DNA of 64,000 bases, taken from assembly GCA_963745075.1 (NCBI GenBank), contig CAVUWV010000027.1, forward strand, positions 160,001-224,000. The letters run 5' to 3'. Within the stretch, counting starts at the first letter, position 1. Every line of letters starts with the position of its first letter. Position numbers and translations under genes: made by a program. A model generated the notes under the pieces. The model saw only the letters and a program-made list of their open reading frames with translations, was not told the DNA's origin and searched no databases. The DNA comes from Candidatus Hydrogenedentota bacterium. GTDB taxonomy: Bacteria > Hydrogenedentota > Hydrogenedentia > Hydrogenedentales > SLHB01. This document shows positions 60,871 through 64,000 of the stretch, piece by piece.

Positions 60871-63162
60871 ATGAAATCCATGCGAATTGCGGGGATGGTC
60901 TGTGTGGTTGCGATGGTGGCGGGGTGTGCGCGGTTTGGGATGGCCCCGGGAGGCGTCCAGGTCGCGCGGCAGGGGATGCCGAGCGTATTTATCACGATTC
61001 CTCCCGATCCGTCTCCGTCGACGCTATACGCGGGGCAAGAACTGGCGCGATTTCTGACCGAAATGACCGGCGCAACGATCGAGCTGGTCCTCGACTATCC
61101 GGGTGCGCCTTCGGACGCCATCGTCATCGGCGCGGTGCGGGGGTGCGACGCCTTGTTGCAGGACATCGATATCCCGTCGTTGGGGAAAGAGGGCTACGTC
61201 ATCCGGTCGGACGGGGCGCGCGTAATCATAGCGGGCGGTCAACCGCGGGGCATACTATACGGCGTGTACGGACTTCTGGAAGATCACCTCGGGTGCCGAT
61301 GGTTCACGACGGACGTGAGCCGCATCCCGAAGGACCCGGATTTGGTGATTCCGCCGATTAACGAACGGGTGATTCCGCGGCTCGAATATCGAGAGCCCTT
61401 TGTCATGGACTGTTTCGACGGGGACTGGGCGGCGCGCAACCGGATGAACAGCAGCTCCGCACGGCTCGACGAAAAGCACGGCGGGAAAGTCACGTACTAC
61501 GGGTTCGTGCACACTTTTGAAAGTTTGGTGCCGCCGGACGTTTATTATGAGGAACATCCCGAATACTATTCGCTGGTGAACGGGAAACGGCTGCGGGAGC
61601 AGTCCCAGCTGTGCTGCACGAACGAAGACGTGGCGCGCATCGTGACGGAGGAAGTGCGCAAACGTATGCGGGAGCATCCGGAGGCGACCGTATTTTCCGT
61701 GTCGCAGAACGACCGGCTCAACTACTGCCAATGCGACAAGTGCACTGCCTTGGCCGAGGCGGAAGGCACGCAAATGGCGCCGGTCCTGTTGCTTGTCAAC
61801 AAGGTCGCGCGGGCCGTGGCGGATGAATTTCCGGACAAGCTGGTGGACACGCTCGCCTACCAATACACGCGCAAGGCGCCGAAGACCATGCGCCCGGAAC
61901 CGAACGTGGTGATTCGGTTGTGCAGCATCGAGTGCTGTTTTTCGCACCCTTTTGAGACCTGTGACAGCCCGCAGAACCAAGCTTTTGTGAAAGACGTGGA
62001 GGCGTGGTCAGAAGTTTCCGACCGGTTGTGGGTATGGAACTACAACACGTCCTTCTCGAACTACTTTACGCCGTTTCCCAACCTTCGCGTGCGCAACGAC
62101 AACATTCGTTTTTACGCGGACCACAATGTGACGGGGATTTTCGAGCAGGATGTGTACACAACACTGCACGGCGAACTGTCGGAACTGAGCGGCTATCTCA
62201 ACGCCAAGTTTTTGTGGAATCCTGACTACGACGAAGATACGGCGATCGACGAGTTTCTCGACGGCGTGTACGGCGACGCAGCGAAACCGATTCGCAAGTA
62301 CATCAACATGCTGCACGACCACGTGGAAAGAGACGACATCCACATGGACATCTGGATCGGTCCCGACTATCCCGTGCTGAACGACCGCATCATGAAAAAA
62401 GCCGAGCGGTTGTGGGATAAAGCGGAAGCGGCCGTCGCGTACGAGCCGGTCACCCTGGAGCGCGTGAAGATCGCGCGATTGAGTGTGGATTATGCGGCCA
62501 TCGAACGGATGCGGGACAAGGGCCTCGCCATGTACGACTACGATCTGAAAACGCAGCAGGCGACGTTGCGCCCGGATATGGTCACGCGGATCGAGCGGTT
62601 TCTGGACGTGGCCACGCGAAATGGGGTGACAAACATTCGCGAACAGGGCGGGGCCTTGGACATCTACCGGCAAAGCCTGGAAAACCTGCGGGCGGTCACA
62701 TCGGAACCCATGGTCGCGCCGGTGAATCCCGGGTCTGTGAAACCCGGTCTCACGTTCCGGTATTACGAAGGGGAGTGGACCGCGCTCCCGGACTTCGACG
62801 CGCTGACGCCGGTGCGGGAAGGCGTGGCGGGCGTCATCAACACCGAGCCCACCAAACACGGCGAGACCTTCGCCTTAGTCTACGAAGGGTTTATCGACGC
62901 GCCGCGGTCCGGGCTGTACTGGTTTGAGTGCCGGTCGAATGACGGCAGTAAGGTTTTTATTGGGGATCGCATGTTAATCAGTCACGACGGGCTGCACGGA
63001 GCGACGGCGAAGTCCGGTGCGATCGCATTGGAAGCGGGACTGCACCCGATTAAGGTGCAGTATTTCAACGCCGGTGGCGGGTTCACGTTGGATCTCGCCT
63101 ATGAAGGTCCGGGTATCAAGCGCCAGATGGTCCCCGCGAGAGCGTTGCGGCACGCACCTTGA
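60871..63162 (+). CDS. DUF4838-domain lipoprotein with C-terminal PA14 domain (putative glycan-active)
   Basis: Lipobox VAG|C; LYGVY.LLE..LGCRWF, HPEYY.L, QLC.TN, SQND...CQC..C, LAYQYT; PA14 SNDGSKVFI..HDGLHG. Confidence 0.85.
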   Translation: MKSMRIAGMVCVVAMVAGCARFGMAPGGVQVARQGMPSVFITIPPDPSPSTLYAGQELARFLTEMTGATIELVLDYPGAPSDAIVIGAVRGCDALLQDIDIPSLGKEGYVIRSDGARVIIAGGQPRGILYGVYGLLEDHLGCRWFTTDVSRIPKDPDLVIPPINERVIPRLEYREPFVMDCFDGDWAARNRMNSSSARLDEKHGGKVTYYGFVHTFESLVPPDVYYEEHPEYYSLVNGKRLREQSQLCCTNEDVARIVTEEVRKRMREHPEATVFSVSQNDRLNYCQCDKCTALAEAEGTQMAPVLLLVNKVARAVADEFPDKLVDTLAYQYTRKAPKTMRPEPNVVIRLCSIECCFSHPFETCDSPQNQAFVKDVEAWSEVSDRLWVWNYNTSFSNYFTPFPNLRVRNDNIRFYADHNVTGIFEQDVYTTLHGELSELSGYLNAKFLWNPDYDEDTAIDEFLDGVYGDAAKPIRKYINMLHDHVERDDIHMDIWIGPDYPVLNDRIMKKAERLWDKAEAAVAYEPVTLERVKIARLSVDYAAIERMRDKGLAMYDYDLKTQQATLRPDMVTRIERFLDVATRNGVTNIREQGGALDIYRQSLENLRAVTSEPMVAPVNPGSVKPGLTFRYYEGEWTALPDFDALTPVREGVAGVINTEPTKHGETFALVYEGFIDAPRSGLYWFECRSNDGSKVFIGDRMLISHDGLHGATAKSGAIALEAGLHPIKVQYFNAGGGFTLDLAYEGPGIKRQMVPARALRHAP

Positions 63163-63293
63163 CCTGCCTGGGTCCGGTTGCTACGGTAAATCCGGTCGGC
63201 TGCGCGATCGCTTCACTGGAGTGTCACCATTTATAGTTTCGTACCGTCATTTAGTAAAGACTGTCCCGTATTCAATTCAGGAAGGTGACGAGC

Positions 63294-64000
63294 ATGGCAA
63301 TAGAACCAGCAGGAGCGACCCCGCGGACCTCGGACGTCGAACTCGCGGCGGCGTTTCACCAGAAATACCAGGAACTGGTCCACGAGATTCACTCGGTGGT
63401 GGTCGGCCAGGATCGGATTATCCGAGAATTGCTGACCGCCTTGTTCGCCCGGGGCCATGCGCTGATTATCGGCGTGCCGGGCCTGGCCAAGACGCTGCTG
63501 GTGAAGACCTTGGCGCAATCGTTGGGGTGGGAGTTCAAGCGCATCCAGTTCACGCCGGATCTTATGCCCTCGGATATCACCGGTACGGACATACTCCAGA
63601 CGGACCCAGCTACGGGCCAGCGCGTGATGACCTTCGTGAAGGGCCCGCTCTTCGCCAACCTCATCCTCGCCGACGAAATCAACCGCACCCCGCCAAAGAC
63701 CCAGGCCGCACTCCTGGAGGCCATGCAGGAATACACGGTCACCGCGGCCGGTCAGACCTTTCATTTGGAACCGCCTTTCTTTGTCATGGCGACCCAGAAC
63801 CCCATCGAGCATGAAGGGACCTATCCCCTGCCGGAGGCCCAGCTCGACCGGTTCATGTTCAGCATCAATATTGGCTATCCGAACCGTGACGAAGAGATCC
63901 GGATTGTGGAAGAAACCACGACGCGCGATTTTCCGGAGGTGAAGACTGTTTTCACGAAGGAAGAAGTCATGCGGTACCAGACGCTCGTGCGGCGCGTCCC
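63294..64000 (+). CDS. MoxR-family AAA+ ATPase, runs off the window end
   Basis: Manual translation: [72 protein letters not shown]. Confidence 0.93.
   Translation, partial: MAIEPAGATPRTSDVELAAAFHQKYQELVHEIHSVVVGQDRIIRELLTALFARGHALIIGVPGLAKTLLVKTLAQSLGWEFKRIQFTPDLMPSDITGTDILQTDPATGQRVMTFVKGPLFANLILADEINRTPPKTQAALLEAMQEYTVTAAGQTFHLEPPFFVMATQNPIEHEGTYPLPEAQLDRFMFSINIGYPNRDEEIRIVEETTTRDFPEVKTVFTKEEVMRYQTLVRRV

Overview
GC-rich bacterial chromosomal window. The gene repertoire (YD/Rhs cassettes, D-x-D-x-D-G minor pilins, DUF4838, abundant 6/7/9/10-mer intergenic repeats) resembles Candidatus Hydrogenedentota or PVC-like genomes; this is inference only. Most of the window is housekeeping or metabolic: GT2, MscS, DUF2207, a BNR sialidase-like protein, tRNA-Ser(TGA), a MIOX-like protein, a C69 peptidase, serA, icd, an amino-sugar cluster, malK-like, galK, leuCD, aconitase, thyX-nrdJ, an esterase, pbfA-like, DUF4838 and MoxR. 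Three accessory zones stand out. (1) At 6.9-12 kb, a repeat-riddled HGGxSTG-type gene and a tandem paralog pair lie next to tRNA-Ser. (2) At 30.4-38.7 kb, two paralogous PilV/PilW/PilX-like cassettes occur, and one PilX-like protein carries a CxxCH motif. (3) At 51.9-58.1 kb, two fragmentary Rhs toxin cassettes (one with a Tlde1/DUF2778-like tip) are bracketed by two REP-associated (Y1/RAYT-type) transposase remnants. Their coding breakpoints coincide with small GNA-loop hairpins, and a 31-bp inverted-repeat element cuts Rhs2 just before the toxin junction. This third zone is the best candidate for an undescribed system (REP/RAYT-linked Rhs cassette shuffling), although decay or misassembly is not excluded. 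A degenerate GGDEF-RHH gene with a perfect palindrome on its promoter is the second candidate. All family calls are motif recognition by eye, not database hits.
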